From positions 20,975 through 81,389 of the forward strand of contig JABMDK010000008.1 of the NCBI GenBank assembly GCA_015903995.1: DNA of 60,415 nucleotides, read 5' to 3'. Origin of the DNA: Nitrospira sp. GTDB lineage: Bacteria > Nitrospirota > Nitrospiria > Nitrospirales > Nitrospiraceae. Positions 8,850 through 21,037 of the stretch are shown here, piece by piece (position 1 is the first letter of the stretch; the number at the start of each line of letters is the position of its first letter). The notes under the pieces were generated by a model, which was not told where the DNA came from, did no database searches, and saw only the letters and a program-made list of their open reading frames with translations. Both the position numbers and the translations under genes were made by a program.

Positions 8850-9389
8850 GTGATTAAGACAACAGTTGCGCGACGTTACGCACAAGCCCTCTTCGAGCTC
8901 CTCGATCACTCAACCATCGAAGCCACTCGGGGGACACTGACCGGCCTCGGGCAGGCCATGAAGAAATCAGCCGAACTCCGCCATGTGCTGGCCTCACCTG
9001 CGTTCGGGGTGGATGAGAAAATCGCCGTCCTGACCGCACTCGGTGGCAAGCTAGGGTGCCCTCCTGCCGGTACGGCATTTTTGGGGCAGTTGGTGAAAAA
9101 GACTCGGGTCGGCTTTCTTCCGGAAATCGCCGAGGCATTCGGCAAATTAGTTGATGAATCAAAACGGACGCAGCCGGTGACCGTTTCCTCCGCGACGACT
9201 CTTCCACCGGCAGAACAAGATCGAATCAGGACGCGCCTCCGCGACACGCTCAAGCGCGAAGTCGATGTGAGGTTTCAGACCGATGCCAGTCACCTCGCCG
9301 GCTTGCAGATTCACATCGGCAGTAAGGTGGTCGATAGCACCGTCCGAGGTCGCTTGCGCGACTTGCAAGTCCTGCTGACGCGAGAATAA
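8850..9389 (+). CDS. atpH: ATP synthase F1 delta
   Basis: VARRYAQALF, VVDSTVRGRL. Confidence 0.93.
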   Translation: MIKTTVARRYAQALFELLDHSTIEATRGTLTGLGQAMKKSAELRHVLASPAFGVDEKIAVLTALGGKLGCPPAGTAFLGQLVKKTRVGFLPEIAEAFGKLVDESKRTQPVTVSSATTLPPAEQDRIRTRLRDTLKREVDVRFQTDASHLAGLQIHIGSKVVDSTVRGRLRDLQVLLTRE

Positions 9390-9398
9390 GGAGTAGCC

Positions 9399-10919
9399 AT
9401 GCAGATCAGGGCAGACGAAATCAGTGCGATTATCAAAGAGAAGATCAAAGGCTTCGACAAACAGGTCGATGTCAAGGAGACGGGGTCTGTCATTCAGGTC
9501 GGCGACGGGATCGCCAAGGTCTATGGCCTTGACGGAGCCATGGCCGGCGAGATGCTGGAGTTCCCGGGCGGTCTGTCCGGTATCGCGCTGAACCTTGAAG
9601 AAGACAATGTCGGCGCCGTGTTGATGGGCGACTCTGTCGGGGTTAAGGAAGGCGATCCTGTCAAACGCACCGGCCGCATCGCCGAAATTCCGGTGGGTGA
9701 AGCGTTGATCGGCCGTGTGGTGAACGCGATCGGCCAGCCGATCGACGGCAAAGGGGCCATCAAGTCCTCGCTTTCCTCGCGCATAGAAATGGTTGCTCCT
9801 GGTGTCAATACCCGCCAATCGGTTCGGGAACCGTTGCAGACCGGCATTAAGGCCATTGATGCGATGATCCCTATCGGCCGTGGACAGCGTGAATTGATCA
9901 TCGGTGATCGCCAGACCGGGAAGACAGCCATCGCGGTCGATACGATTATCAATCAAAAAGGACTCGGCGTATTTTGTATCTACGTCGCCATCGGCCAAAA
10001 ACGGTCGACCGTCGCGCGTGTCGTCAAGACGCTTGAAGAAAATCATGCGATGGAATACAGCATAGTGGTTTCCGCCAGCGCCAGCGACCCGGCGCCGATG
10101 CAATTCCTGGCGCCGTTTTCGGGCGCCGCGATCGGCGAGTATTTCCGTGATAACGGGAAGCATGCGTTGATTGTCTATGACGATCTATCCAAGCATGCGG
10201 TCGCCTATCGTGAGCTCTCCCTGTTGCTCCGTAGACCACCAGGCCGAGAAGCTTATCCCGGCGATGTGTTCTATCTGCATTCCCGGTTGTTGGAGCGCGC
10301 GGCCAAGTTGAGTGAAAAGCTGGGCGGCGGCAGTCTGACGGCACTTCCCATTATCGAAACGCAGGCAGGCGACGTGTCGGCGTATATCCCGACGAACGTC
10401 ATTTCAATTACGGACGGTCAGATCTATCTGGGCAGCGATCTCTTCTACTCCGGTATTCGTCCGGCCATTAACGTCGGTCTGTCGGTCTCCCGAGTCGGAG
10501 GGTCCGCCCAGATCAAGACCATGAAGCAGGTTGCCGGTACCTTGCGGTTGGACCTGGCGCAGTATCGGGAAATGGCGGCCTTTGCTCAATTTGGGAGCGA
10601 GCTGGATAAGGCAACCCAGATGCAGTTGGCGCGCGGTGTGCGCATGGTGGAATTGCTGAAGCAGGGCCAGTATAAGCCGATGTCGGTGGCCGATCAGGTG
10701 CTCTCGATCTATGCCGGCGTCAACGGCTTCCTCGACGATGTGCCGGTCGAGAAGGTGCAACAGTTCGAGGGGGATCTGCTCCACTACATCCAGCAGAACC
10801 ACCCAGAAGTCAAAAAGGAAGTCGCCACCATCGGCAAGATCGACGACAAAGTCGGGGGTCGGCTGAAAGAGATCATCACGACCTTCAAGCAGAAGATGGG
10901 GTACGGAGCGAAAGCGTAA
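9399..10919 (+). CDS. atpA: ATP synthase F1 alpha
   Basis: [31 protein letters not shown]. Confidence 0.99.
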   Translation: MQIRADEISAIIKEKIKGFDKQVDVKETGSVIQVGDGIAKVYGLDGAMAGEMLEFPGGLSGIALNLEEDNVGAVLMGDSVGVKEGDPVKRTGRIAEIPVGEALIGRVVNAIGQPIDGKGAIKSSLSSRIEMVAPGVNTRQSVREPLQTGIKAIDAMIPIGRGQRELIIGDRQTGKTAIAVDTIINQKGLGVFCIYVAIGQKRSTVARVVKTLEENHAMEYSIVVSASASDPAPMQFLAPFSGAAIGEYFRDNGKHALIVYDDLSKHAVAYRELSLLLRRPPGREAYPGDVFYLHSRLLERAAKLSEKLGGGSLTALPIIETQAGDVSAYIPTNVISITDGQIYLGSDLFYSGIRPAINVGLSVSRVGGSAQIKTMKQVAGTLRLDLAQYREMAAFAQFGSELDKATQMQLARGVRMVELLKQGQYKPMSVADQVLSIYAGVNGFLDDVPVEKVQQFEGDLLHYIQQNHPEVKKEVATIGKIDDKVGGRLKEIITTFKQKMGYGAKA

Positions 10920-10922
10920 GCA

Positions 10923-11002
10923 CAGGACTGAGTATCGAGAATTCAGTGCTGAGACGACGGCAGGGTGCCGGATCTGCAATCTCAGTCCTCCGCACTCAGT
11001 CC
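10923..11002. repeat. Intergenic short-unit inverted repeat
   Basis: GGACTGAG / GTGCTGAG followed by CTCAGTCC twice. Confidence 0.55.
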
Positions 11003-11021
11003 GCAGCCCTGATGGAAGACA

Positions 11022-11999
11022 ATGCCAAGCTTACAAAGTTTGCGACGCAAGATAGCGGCGTTTAAGAATACCCAAAAGATCACCAAGGCCATGAAGATGG
11101 TGGCCGCGGCGAAACTCAAACGGTCACAGGACCGTATCCTTGCTGCACGCCCCTATGCCCATAAAATGCGTGGGGTGCTGAGCAATCTGAGCCAACGCGT
11201 GAATCGATCCTCTCATCCGCTTCTGCAGAAGCGCGAAGGCAAGAAGATCGAGGTGCTTGTCGTCATGCGTGGGGTGCTGAGCAATCTGAGCCAACGCGTG
11301 AATCGATCCTCTCATCCGCTTCTGCAGAAGCGCGAAGGCAAGAAGATCGAGGTGCTTGTCGTCACGAGCGACCGCGGGTTGTGCGGCGGTTTCAACGGCA
11401 ACATCGTTCGCAAGAGCTCGGAGTTCGTCCGGCAGTGCGAAGCGCGAGGCATACAGGTCACTCTGAGCCTCATCGGTCGCAAAGGCCGAGACTATTTTCG
11501 ACGGCGGAACTGGCCGATCCGTCAGGAGTGGACGGGCATCTTCGATAAGTTGAGTTTTGAGCATGCGATCGACATCGGGGGGGATCTGACCGATAACTTT
11601 GTGAAGGGCACGTTTGACGAACTGTACGTCGTGTACAACGAATTCAAGTCTGCCATTCAGCAACGCGTGATCGTCGAAAAGCTTTTCCCTGTTGATGCAC
11701 AGGCTGAGTTTGGTGTCGCGCAAACAGAAGGGTCGACCAGCGGCAGTTATCTGTATGAGCCGGATGAAGCGGCACTGTTGAGTGCGTTGGTGCCGAAACA
11801 TTTCCAGGTACAGACGTACCGGATTTTGTTGGAGTCCGCCGCCGCTGAACACGGGGCCCGTATGGCCGCCATGGATGGAGCAACGCGTAACGCCGGCCAG
11901 CTCATCAAGAAAGTCACGCTGTATTACAACAAGACCAGACAGGCTGCGATTACGAAAGAACTGATGGATATCGTCGGCGGCGCCGAAGCGCTGAAATAG
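11022..11999 (+). CDS. atpG: ATP synthase F1 gamma (with 33-aa tandem duplication)
   Basis: KITKAMKMVAAAK, SDRGLCGGFN, RQAAITKEL. Confidence 0.97.
   Translation: MPSLQSLRRKIAAFKNTQKITKAMKMVAAAKLKRSQDRILAARPYAHKMRGVLSNLSQRVNRSSHPLLQKREGKKIEVLVVMRGVLSNLSQRVNRSSHPLLQKREGKKIEVLVVTSDRGLCGGFNGNIVRKSSEFVRQCEARGIQVTLSLIGRKGRDYFRRRNWPIRQEWTGIFDKLSFEHAIDIGGDLTDNFVKGTFDELYVVYNEFKSAIQQRVIVEKLFPVDAQAEFGVAQTEGSTSGSYLYEPDEAALLSALVPKHFQVQTYRILLESAAAEHGARMAAMDGATRNAGQLIKKVTLYYNKTRQAAITKELMDIVGGAEALK
11166..11363 (+). repeat. Perfect 99-bp tandem duplication within atpG
   Basis: 11166-11264 = 11265-11363. Confidence 0.95.
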
Positions 12000-13472
<1,473 letters not shown>

Positions 13473-13482
13473 GAAGGCTGAT

Positions 13483-13566
13483 GAACCGAGCATCCTCCTT
13501 GCTCGCGCAACGCGCCGCCTCGGAGGGGCCCCGTTGCATGCGCGCAGTGGAGGACGCCTCGCTTCC
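13483..13566 (+). repeat. Diverged family A palindromic repeat between atpD and atpC
   Basis: TCCTCCTTGCTCGCGCAACGCG...CGTTGCATGCGCGCAGTGGAGGA. Confidence 0.6.
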
Positions 13567-13601
13567 CCGCCTGTAGGGGAAAAGGTAAAGGAAACCAAAG
13601 A

Positions 13602-14024
13602 ATGGCGGGAAAGTTTCTCTTAGAAGTTGTGACGCCCGAGAAACAGCTGCTGAGTCAGCAGGTGGATGAAGTCATCGCTCCTGGATCGGAGGGAGAGTTT
13701 GGGGTGCTCCCTGGGCACTGCCATTTCCTGTCGACTCTTCGCATCGGTGAACTTCGGTATCGTGTCGATGGTCAGACTCATTCCATGGCCGTTCTGTGGG
13801 GCTTTGCCGAAGTCACCCCGACCAAAGTCACCGTCATGGCGGAAATTGCGGAGAAAGCGGAAGACATTGACGTGGAACGAGCTACTGCGAAAGTTGCCGA
13901 AGCGGAGCGACGCCTTCAAGCTGGTGGCTTACCGTCTGAAGTGAAAGACGCTCAGATCAGCCTTGAAAAGGCTCGTCTTCGAAAGAAGATCGCGGAACGT
14001 GCGAAAAAACCAGCCCACTCCTGA
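13602..14024 (+). CDS. atpC: ATP synthase F1 epsilon
   Basis: LEVVTPEK, GEFGVLPGH. Confidence 0.97.
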   Translation: MAGKFLLEVVTPEKQLLSQQVDEVIAPGSEGEFGVLPGHCHFLSTLRIGELRYRVDGQTHSMAVLWGFAEVTPTKVTVMAEIAEKAEDIDVERATAKVAEAERRLQAGGLPSEVKDAQISLEKARLRKKIAERAKKPAHS

Positions 14025-14284
14025 AGTCACCAAGACTGACCACCGTCCAGCTCATTTTATCCAGCCTGTAGAAATTCGGATTCTCCCTTCAGAGGAAATC
14101 TGAAATAGCGCTGTCTTGTGTTTTCATAGAGCCACATTATATGGCCCCTATGGGGGAACAGCATTTCCGTGAGCCCAGCGGCATCCCTTGTACGGACGGA
14201 AAGAACGATGCAATCTATTGGATCCTCGCATCATGTCTCGGTCATTGGCCTTACATGTGAGAGCAACACAGGATGGACTACAGG

Positions 14285-15055
14285 TCAGGAAGATGTATCG
14301 GAGGTGTTGTTAGATGATTCCCTGGTGTCTTGAGGCAGCGATTCAAGCAGATGGTCAATCCATGTGGACGGCAGCTTTTCCACGGCGTCATAAATTCGAG
14401 ATTGCCACCAGGATGAGATTTCAGCGAGGTCTTCTTTCTCGAAGCGATGCTCGATGATGTCGAACGTATCATGCCGATAGAGCACGACATCGATGGGATA
14501 CTCGACACTGGTTGAGCTGGTTCGCGTTGCATCAAAAGCGAGAAAGCCCACTTTAATAGCCAGGTCTATGCTGGACCCATACCGTAAAACACGATCAAGA
14601 AGTGGTTTGCCATAGCCGGTTTCGCCGATGATGCAATAGGGGGTACCCTCGCTCACTTCCACCCAATTGCCTTGTGGATAAATGAGATAGAGCTTATGCT
14701 CGCGATCATTTTCTAACTGTCCCCCGACCAAGGCGTGGAGGTTGAAGATCAATCCGGCCTGGGCGAGCGTGTCCTTGTCCTCTAATGCGACTCTCCTGAT
14801 CTGCGCGGCAAACACATTGACTGCTTTGAACAGCTTGTCAAAGGTTTGGTCGCTTTCACTGATTGCTTCATCAAAGTAGGTGACGGCTTTATCACGTACA
14901 GAGCGTAACCCTGATGTCATGAGAAACATCGAGTGCCGTCCGTGCTGATGGATGGAGATTTTCCGTGCCGTGATACACTCCGCGCCGGTCGTCACCCTGG
15001 TATCTGCAATGCCAATCAAGCCTTCCTCTACCTTCATGCCCAAACAAAACGTCAT
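14285..15055 (-). CDS. Anbu proteasome-type (NTN) peptidase
   Basis: M-T-FC N-terminal nucleophile, ADTR, IGETGYGKPLLDR. Confidence 0.9.
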   Translation of the reverse strand: MTFCLGMKVEEGLIGIADTRVTTGAECITARKISIHQHGRHSMFLMTSGLRSVRDKAVTYFDEAISESDQTFDKLFKAVNVFAAQIRRVALEDKDTLAQAGLIFNLHALVGGQLENDREHKLYLIYPQGNWVEVSEGTPYCIIGETGYGKPLLDRVLRYGSSIDLAIKVGFLAFDATRTSSTSVEYPIDVVLYRHDTFDIIEHRFEKEDLAEISSWWQSRIYDAVEKLPSTWIDHLLESLPQDTRESSNNTSDTSS

Positions 15056-16032
15056 TGTGCCTCCGCGATCGGGATCGTACTGTGAATTGGGCGCGGCGCA
15101 AAGAAGGTCTCAAAAATAGCTTCGCCGACACCATTCAGTTGCTTTTGAAATTGATCCAGAAATTCGTGCAAGCCGTCTGCGACGTACTCCTCAAGATCGC
15201 CGAAGTCGAGCTGTGCGCGCAATCGGCCCAATCGTTTTTCAGCTTGATTGCGATAAGATCCATGCTCGGATCCAGAGATTGCGTGTAGCGAGTCCTCGCT
15301 TTTTATGAGGCAGTATCGAATGGCGCGAGGAAATGTGGAGTCAAGAATCAAGAAGGTGATCACGTTGTCAGGAGAGATGCGGCCAAAACGCTTGTAATAC
15401 ATTTCAAGCGCACTTGCGGATTTCAACAATGCGGACCACTGGATGATATCGAACGGCGTCCCGATTTCGGCAACGGTTGGGAGCAGGATGAAATATTTCA
15501 CGTCGAGAATACGTGAGGTCTTGTCAGCACGCTCCAGAAGCCGACCGAGTCGTGCAAAGTGCCAACCTTCTTCGTGTGACATGGTCGCATCGGTAATGCC
15601 GAGAAAGAGATGGCTGTTCGCTTTGACATCAGTCAGAAACGTGTGGAGATTGTGGCTGGACAATCCGCGGGAGACGGCATCTCGGACCGACAAGTGAAAC
15701 CGGTTGACTTGCTCCCACATATCGGTAGAAATAATTTCTCGTACCGACCGAGCATTCTCTCGTGCTGCTGCTAGGCAGGATAGAATTGAATTGGGATTGT
15801 CAGCATCGGTTGCAAGAAATTGAATCACTCGCTCTTTAGTTGCCTCTCCATAACGCGCAATGAATGCCTCATGGTCACCGGTGGTGGCAACCAATGGCTC
15901 CCATTGTTCCGTCGTTCCTCGTGGCAGGTCAAGTGAAAGATTCAGATTCACTTCGATAAAGCGGGCGTAGTTCTCAGCTCGTTCGATATAACGATTCAAC
16001 CAATAGATGGAACTGGCGACGCGACTCAGCAT
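15052..16032 (-). CDS. Alpha-E domain protein (DUF403)
   Basis: MLSRVA..IYW..RYIERAEN, LERADKTSRILDVKY. Confidence 0.92.
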   Translation of the reverse strand: MLSRVASSIYWLNRYIERAENYARFIEVNLNLSLDLPRGTTEQWEPLVATTGDHEAFIARYGEATKERVIQFLATDADNPNSILSCLAAARENARSVREIISTDMWEQVNRFHLSVRDAVSRGLSSHNLHTFLTDVKANSHLFLGITDATMSHEEGWHFARLGRLLERADKTSRILDVKYFILLPTVAEIGTPFDIIQWSALLKSASALEMYYKRFGRISPDNVITFLILDSTFPRAIRYCLIKSEDSLHAISGSEHGSYRNQAEKRLGRLRAQLDFGDLEEYVADGLHEFLDQFQKQLNGVGEAIFETFFAPRPIHSTIPIAEAQ

Positions 16033-16104
16033 TGATAACCGGACCGTACTGGTTCCTCCACCCGATGAGTCGCACTCTTAAGTGACGCTACCATGGGAGA
16101 GCCT

Positions 16105-17529
16105 TCATGAGAGGACCCAGGTATCTTTGTTTCCCCCACCCTGGGACGAATTGACCACCAGGGACCCTTTTCTTAACGCAACCCGTGTCATGCCGCCAGG
16201 TAACACATGAATGTCACGACCATAGAGGACGTATGGACGTAGGTCGACGTGGCGCCCTTCTAAATGATCCTCCACGAGGGTGGGAACACGCGATAGTGCC
16301 AATGTCGGTTGGGCGATATAGTTACGTGGATCAGCTTCGATGCGTCGTGCACAGTCTGCCCTATCTTCTATGGATGCCTGAGGACCGATCATCATCCCAT
16401 ATCCACCGGCTTCGTTGGTAGCCTTCACCACCAATTGGTCTAAATGTTCTAAGACGTAGGCGCGATCTCGCCTTTCTGAGCAGAGGTAGGTAGGCACATT
16501 CTGGAGTATCGGTTCCTCGGCCAGATAGTAATTGATGATCTTTGGAACGTAGGCGTAGATCGCTTTGTCATCAGAGACACCGGTCCCGGGCGCATTGACC
16601 AGTGCCACTCTACCTTTTCGGTACGATTCCATAAGGCCGGGGACGCCGAGCAACGAATCTCGGCGAAACGCGAGAGGGTCTAAGTAGTCGTCGTTGATTC
16701 TCCGGTAGATGACGTCGACTCGCTGGGATCCCTTGGTCGTTCGCATATGGACGTACCCATCGACCACCACGAGATCATTGGCTTCGACGAGCTCAACCCC
16801 CATCTTCTGTGCAAGCAAGGAATGTTCGTAATAGGCGGAGTTAAACAGCCCAGGGGTGAGAATCACAACGACCGGATCTGGAAGGTCTGAAAGATAGCGA
16901 AGTGTTTCCAGGAGATGGTTGGGATAGTCATCGACCGGTCGCACGCGATACGCATCGAAAAGTTCAGGAAACGTCCGCTTCATGACCTGCCGCGCCTCCA
17001 ACACATAGGCCACACCGGAGGGACAGCGCAAGTTGTCTTCAAGGACATAATACCGACCATCACTGATACGGACCAGGTCGATTCCGGCGATGTGACACCA
17101 GATCCCACGGGGCGGCCTAAAGCCCCAACAGGCCTTCAGAAACCCTTTGCTGGAGTAGACGAGCTCGCTAGGAATGACTCCATCCTTGAGGATCTTTTGC
17201 TCGTGGTACACATCAGCGATAAATAAATTCAACGCCCGAAGGCGTTGGCTGAGTCCCGACTCGATGTGTAGCCAATCAGCTGGTTCGACAATTCGAGGGA
17301 CGATGTCGAAGGGAAAAATCTGCTCATGCCCATCGTCACCGCCATAGACGCCGAACGTCATTCCCATATTGAGGATGACACGCTCGGCAGCTTGCTGCCG
17401 CTTTCTGAGTTCTCCTTCCGGCAGTGAGGCAAACTTTCTCAGTAAGAGAGCGCTGCCGGGCCGTGGCCGGCCGGGCCCTTCATAGAGCTCATCGTAGAAC
17501 TCTCCTGGGTCGTACTGTGAGAATTTCAT
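16105..17529 (-). CDS. Circularly permuted type 2 ATP-grasp ligase
   Basis: EDNLRCPSGVAY, GGMTRVAL..GSLVVNSSQGGG.KDTWV. Confidence 0.93.
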   Translation of the reverse strand: MKFSQYDPGEFYDELYEGPGRPRPGSALLLRKFASLPEGELRKRQQAAERVILNMGMTFGVYGGDDGHEQIFPFDIVPRIVEPADWLHIESGLSQRLRALNLFIADVYHEQKILKDGVIPSELVYSSKGFLKACWGFRPPRGIWCHIAGIDLVRISDGRYYVLEDNLRCPSGVAYVLEARQVMKRTFPELFDAYRVRPVDDYPNHLLETLRYLSDLPDPVVVILTPGLFNSAYYEHSLLAQKMGVELVEANDLVVVDGYVHMRTTKGSQRVDVIYRRINDDYLDPLAFRRDSLLGVPGLMESYRKGRVALVNAPGTGVSDDKAIYAYVPKIINYYLAEEPILQNVPTYLCSERRDRAYVLEHLDQLVVKATNEAGGYGMMIGPQASIEDRADCARRIEADPRNYIAQPTLALSRVPTLVEDHLEGRHVDLRPYVLYGRDIHVLPGGMTRVALRKGSLVVNSSQGGGNKDTWVLS

Positions 17530-17656
17530 AAGTTTTCGACCAGCGATAGGCTACATCCCATGGATAGCGTTTCGGGTCGGATCCTCTTGGTGAAGGGGAG
17601 AATCATCCATGCCGCACCAGCATAATACTCTTGGGAAGTAGAGGCAAATCGACGTA

Positions 17657-19230
17657 TTGAGTCATCTATAATCTTACCGGGCGACAGATCGTTGCGTCAT
17701 TTGTATTTCTTACCTTCCAGATTTGCCGGGTGCGAGTCGGAAGGAGGGGAAGGATGGAGGCAGGTGGCATGGCGCAACGGTCGAACTACGAGTATCTGCG
17801 GGTGATGTGGCAGCGATATCAACGGGCCAGCCGAGCGACACGCTCGTCGTTGCTCGACGAAGTGACACGGGTGTGTGGGTATCATCGCAAGTATGCGATC
17901 GGGCTGCTGAGCCGGACGGCGGCGCCCCGGCCCCCCGTGCGACGGGTGTCCCGGCGGCGGCCTACCTACTCGGAGGAGAGCATTCGGCTCCTAGCCCAGA
18001 TCTGGGCCGCCTCCGGCTATCTGTGCGGCCAGCGGCTGAAGGCCGCGCTCCCCCACTGGCTGCCGTGGCTGAAGCGCCGCGCCGCGGTGACGCCGACGGT
18101 GGAAGCCCAACTCCGGCGGATCAGTCCCCGGCAGATCGACCGCCGGCTGCGGGCGCGCAAGCAGCGCATCAAGCGGCGCCTCTACGGCACCACGCGCCCG
18201 GGGTCCTTGTTGAAGCATCAGATCCCGATTAAGACGGAGCAGTGGGACGTGAAGAAGCCGGGCTATCTGGAAATTGATCTGGTCTCGCACTCCGGCGCCT
18301 CGGCGGCCGGTGAGTTCCTGCACACGTTGGACGGCATGGACATCCATACCACGTGGGTGGAACGGCAAGCGGTGATGGGCAAGAGTCGCCACGAAGTCGT
18401 GCAGGCCATGACCATCATCGAGTCGCAGCTCCCGTTCTCCCTGCGGGGCGTGGATTCGGACAACGGGAGCGAGTTTACCAACGACCATCTGCTGGTGTGG
18501 TGTCAGAAGCGACCGGCCGGCCGGCAGATCCAGTTTACCCGCTCGCGGCCCTACAAGAAGGATGACAACGCCTACGTGGAGCAGAAGAACTGGACCCATG
18601 TGCGCAAGCTGGTGGGCTGGGAGCGCTATGCCAGCCAGGAGGCCCTGGCCGCCCTCAACGCGTTGTATGCGGACTTGCGGCTCTTCCAGAATCTGTTTCA
18701 GCCCTCAATGAAATTGGTGCGCAAGGAGCGGGTGGGCTCGCGGCTGATTCGTCGCTATGACCGGCCCCAGACGCCGTTCGAGCGGGTGCGGGCCTGCCCG
18801 GAGGCGGATCCGCAGAAGCTGGCCGCGCTGGCGCAGGTGCTGACGACGACCGATCCGTTTGCGCTCTCGCAGCGGATTGACTGACACCTGGAGCGGCTCT
18901 GGACGCTGGCCACCTCAGCCACCCGCACGCCGCGGGAGACGGCGCCTCGGCCGCTGCAGCCGCGCGCGAGCACACCCTGGCGGGGGTGGACCTTCAGCCG
19001 CAGAATCCACTCCCAGAAGCCAGTCATCACTCACACCCTCCGCTCTGCGGGGGGATACTCCGGGTCAGACCGGGTGGCAATCGGGGCGTATAAGCCCAAT
19101 ACCGAGGCTGGTGGATCAGCAGAGGCCTCCAAGAACCTCGGAATCTCAAGACCGGAGCGCAGGAAGTGAGTCGCCCGGTAAGATTCAGAAATGACTCAAC
19201 GAACCCCAGCTGGGTAAGATTTACAAATGG
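17657..19230 (+). mobile_element. Insertion sequence (rve/DDE, ISNCY-like) with doubled terminal motifs
   Basis: GC-rich transposase; IR GAGTCATCTATAATCTTACCGGGCGAC (17659-17685) vs GTCGCCCGGTAAGATTCAGAAATGACTC (19170-19197). Confidence 0.85.
17769..19169 (+). pseudogene. DDE integrase-core transposase with in-frame TGA at 18882-18884
   Basis: EIDLVSH, DSDNGSEF, RSRPYKKDDNAYVEQKN; frame stays open after the TGA to 19169. Confidence 0.75.
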
Positions 19231-19285
19231 CTTGATAGGATCGACGATATTCTTCGATTGCATTTGATCAAAACTCTTTAGTAGC

Positions 19286-20299
19286 GTGAGCCCCATGATT
19301 ACGGAATTCGTGATAACCGCCGGAGAACAGCCCAAACGCCTGGACCTGTTTCTCGTCAATCGAGAGCGGGATGTCTCGCGATCGGCATTGCAACGTCTGA
19401 TTGAGTTGGGACGTATCCGCATCAACGATCAGGTCGTAAAACCCAGCCACAAGATCAAACCCGGTGATCGGATCACCATGGATGTGCCGAAGCCTGAGCC
19501 TCTCTCGATGAAGGGAGAGGCGATCCCCTTGGAAGTCCTGTTCGAAGACGAATCCCTTCTGGTGTTGAATAAGCCACCCGGCATTGTCGTGCATCCTGCT
19601 CCAGGGAATTGGACCGGAACGCTTGTCAACGCACTGCTGCATCATTTCCAAACGTCGGGAGGATCTATTTCGGCCATCGGGGGGAAAGAGCGCCCTGGCC
19701 TCGTTCATCGACTGGACAAAGAAACATCCGGTGTCATGGTGATTGCTAAAACTGACATGGCGCATCGTGCCCTTGCCGCACAATTCAAGCTCCATACCAT
19801 CACACGAGTCTATGAGGCATTGGTTTGGGGCGTGCCCAAGAAAAGCCGGGGACTGATCGAACTGGCGATTGGTCGAGACGTCAAAGACCGGAAGACATTT
19901 TCCTCGAGAACGACGAGTCCTAAGGCATCCGCTACCGAGTATATGGTGGACCGGCGGTATGGCAAAGTGGCGGCCCATGTGTTGCTCTATCCGCGAACGG
20001 GGCGAACGCACCAGCTTCGGGTTCACCTCACGTCACTGGGGCATCCCATTCTGGGGGATCACACGTACGGCGGGCGAAAGGTCTGCACGGTCGATGGAGT
20101 GGAGATGCCCCGGGTCATGCTCCATGCCAGAACCCTCGGCTTTACCCATCCAGCGACGGGCAAGGCAGAGGACTACACAAGGCCGGTGCCCGGCGATATG
20201 GAGAAGGTGATGGAAGCGCTTGAACAGCTTAGCAACCCTGGGGGGAAGAGGCCGCTTGGATCACTCGACGATATGCATGCTGCGGAGGATGCATGTTGA
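19286..20299 (+). CDS. rluD: RluA-family pseudouridine synthase (RluD-like)
   Basis: S4 domain, HRLDKETSG, TGRTHQLRVH. Confidence 0.9.
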   Translation: MSPMITEFVITAGEQPKRLDLFLVNRERDVSRSALQRLIELGRIRINDQVVKPSHKIKPGDRITMDVPKPEPLSMKGEAIPLEVLFEDESLLVLNKPPGIVVHPAPGNWTGTLVNALLHHFQTSGGSISAIGGKERPGLVHRLDKETSGVMVIAKTDMAHRALAAQFKLHTITRVYEALVWGVPKKSRGLIELAIGRDVKDRKTFSSRTTSPKASATEYMVDRRYGKVAAHVLLYPRTGRTHQLRVHLTSLGHPILGDHTYGGRKVCTVDGVEMPRVMLHARTLGFTHPATGKAEDYTRPVPGDMEKVMEALEQLSNPGGKRPLGSLDDMHAAEDAC

Positions 20300-20715
20300 C
20301 CGCCGAAGTCCTTGATGCCGTGGGAGGGTTGACGGCTCACATCAAGTCCTATGCGGCTAAACTTCCGCCTATTGTCCACTTAAGCGTTGTACCCTCGGGA
20401 GTGAAACCTGCTATCGAAGCAGTCGATAGTTATGAAACCATCGTATCGCGCGTTCGAAGCCAGAGTGCTGGGACTCAGTACAAGGCGCTGAATGAACCCT
20501 TCGTATCATCGCTGGAGGCCTTTGAAATCGGAAATCTTCTGGGGACCGTGCAACCACTGCTCTCGATATTGGATCACTTGGAACGTATGCAGCGGGATCA
20601 TGAAATTGAGATCGGACGAATCGATGATAAGCGTCTCACGGAGTATCGTGCCGCATTGCACAAGATACTTCCCGGCAACCAGCCGGAATTGGATGGTGCG
20701 GGAGGGGGCCTCTGA
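20293..20715 (+). CDS. Hypothetical protein
   Basis: 140 aa, coupled to rluD, GGAGG RBS. Confidence 0.7.
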   Translation: MLTAEVLDAVGGLTAHIKSYAAKLPPIVHLSVVPSGVKPAIEAVDSYETIVSRVRSQSAGTQYKALNEPFVSSLEAFEIGNLLGTVQPLLSILDHLERMQRDHEIEIGRIDDKRLTEYRAALHKILPGNQPELDGAGGGL

Positions 20716-20808
20716 TGCCAGACTGGTGACTTCTGAGCCGTTCGCCCTGAGTTGTTCGGAGGCAGTCTACCGCCAACCGCAGGTACGACCCACCATCCAG
20801 CGAATCGA

Positions 20809-20988
20809 TTAGTGGCCCATCTTGGGCCCTAATGCGTTCGCTCCCACCGAGACGAGTTTGAAGCGTGAAGCACTTCCACAGTGGGGACACTTCGCTCGAA
20901 CGGTATCATCGTCGAGCACCTCGTACTCATTCGCTTTCAGCCACATGAGTTGAGAACACTTTGGACAGGTTCGGACTTGCGTTGACAT
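20809..20988 (-). CDS. Small zinc-ribbon protein
   Basis: CPKC...CPHCG. Confidence 0.7.
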   Translation of the reverse strand: MSTQVRTCPKCSQLMWLKANEYEVLDDDTVRAKCPHCGSASRFKLVSVGANALGPKMGH

Positions 20989-21037
20989 TGGTTTCCCCGT
21001 ACACTCCAAATGAATTCGAGGGATACTCTAGTATAAG

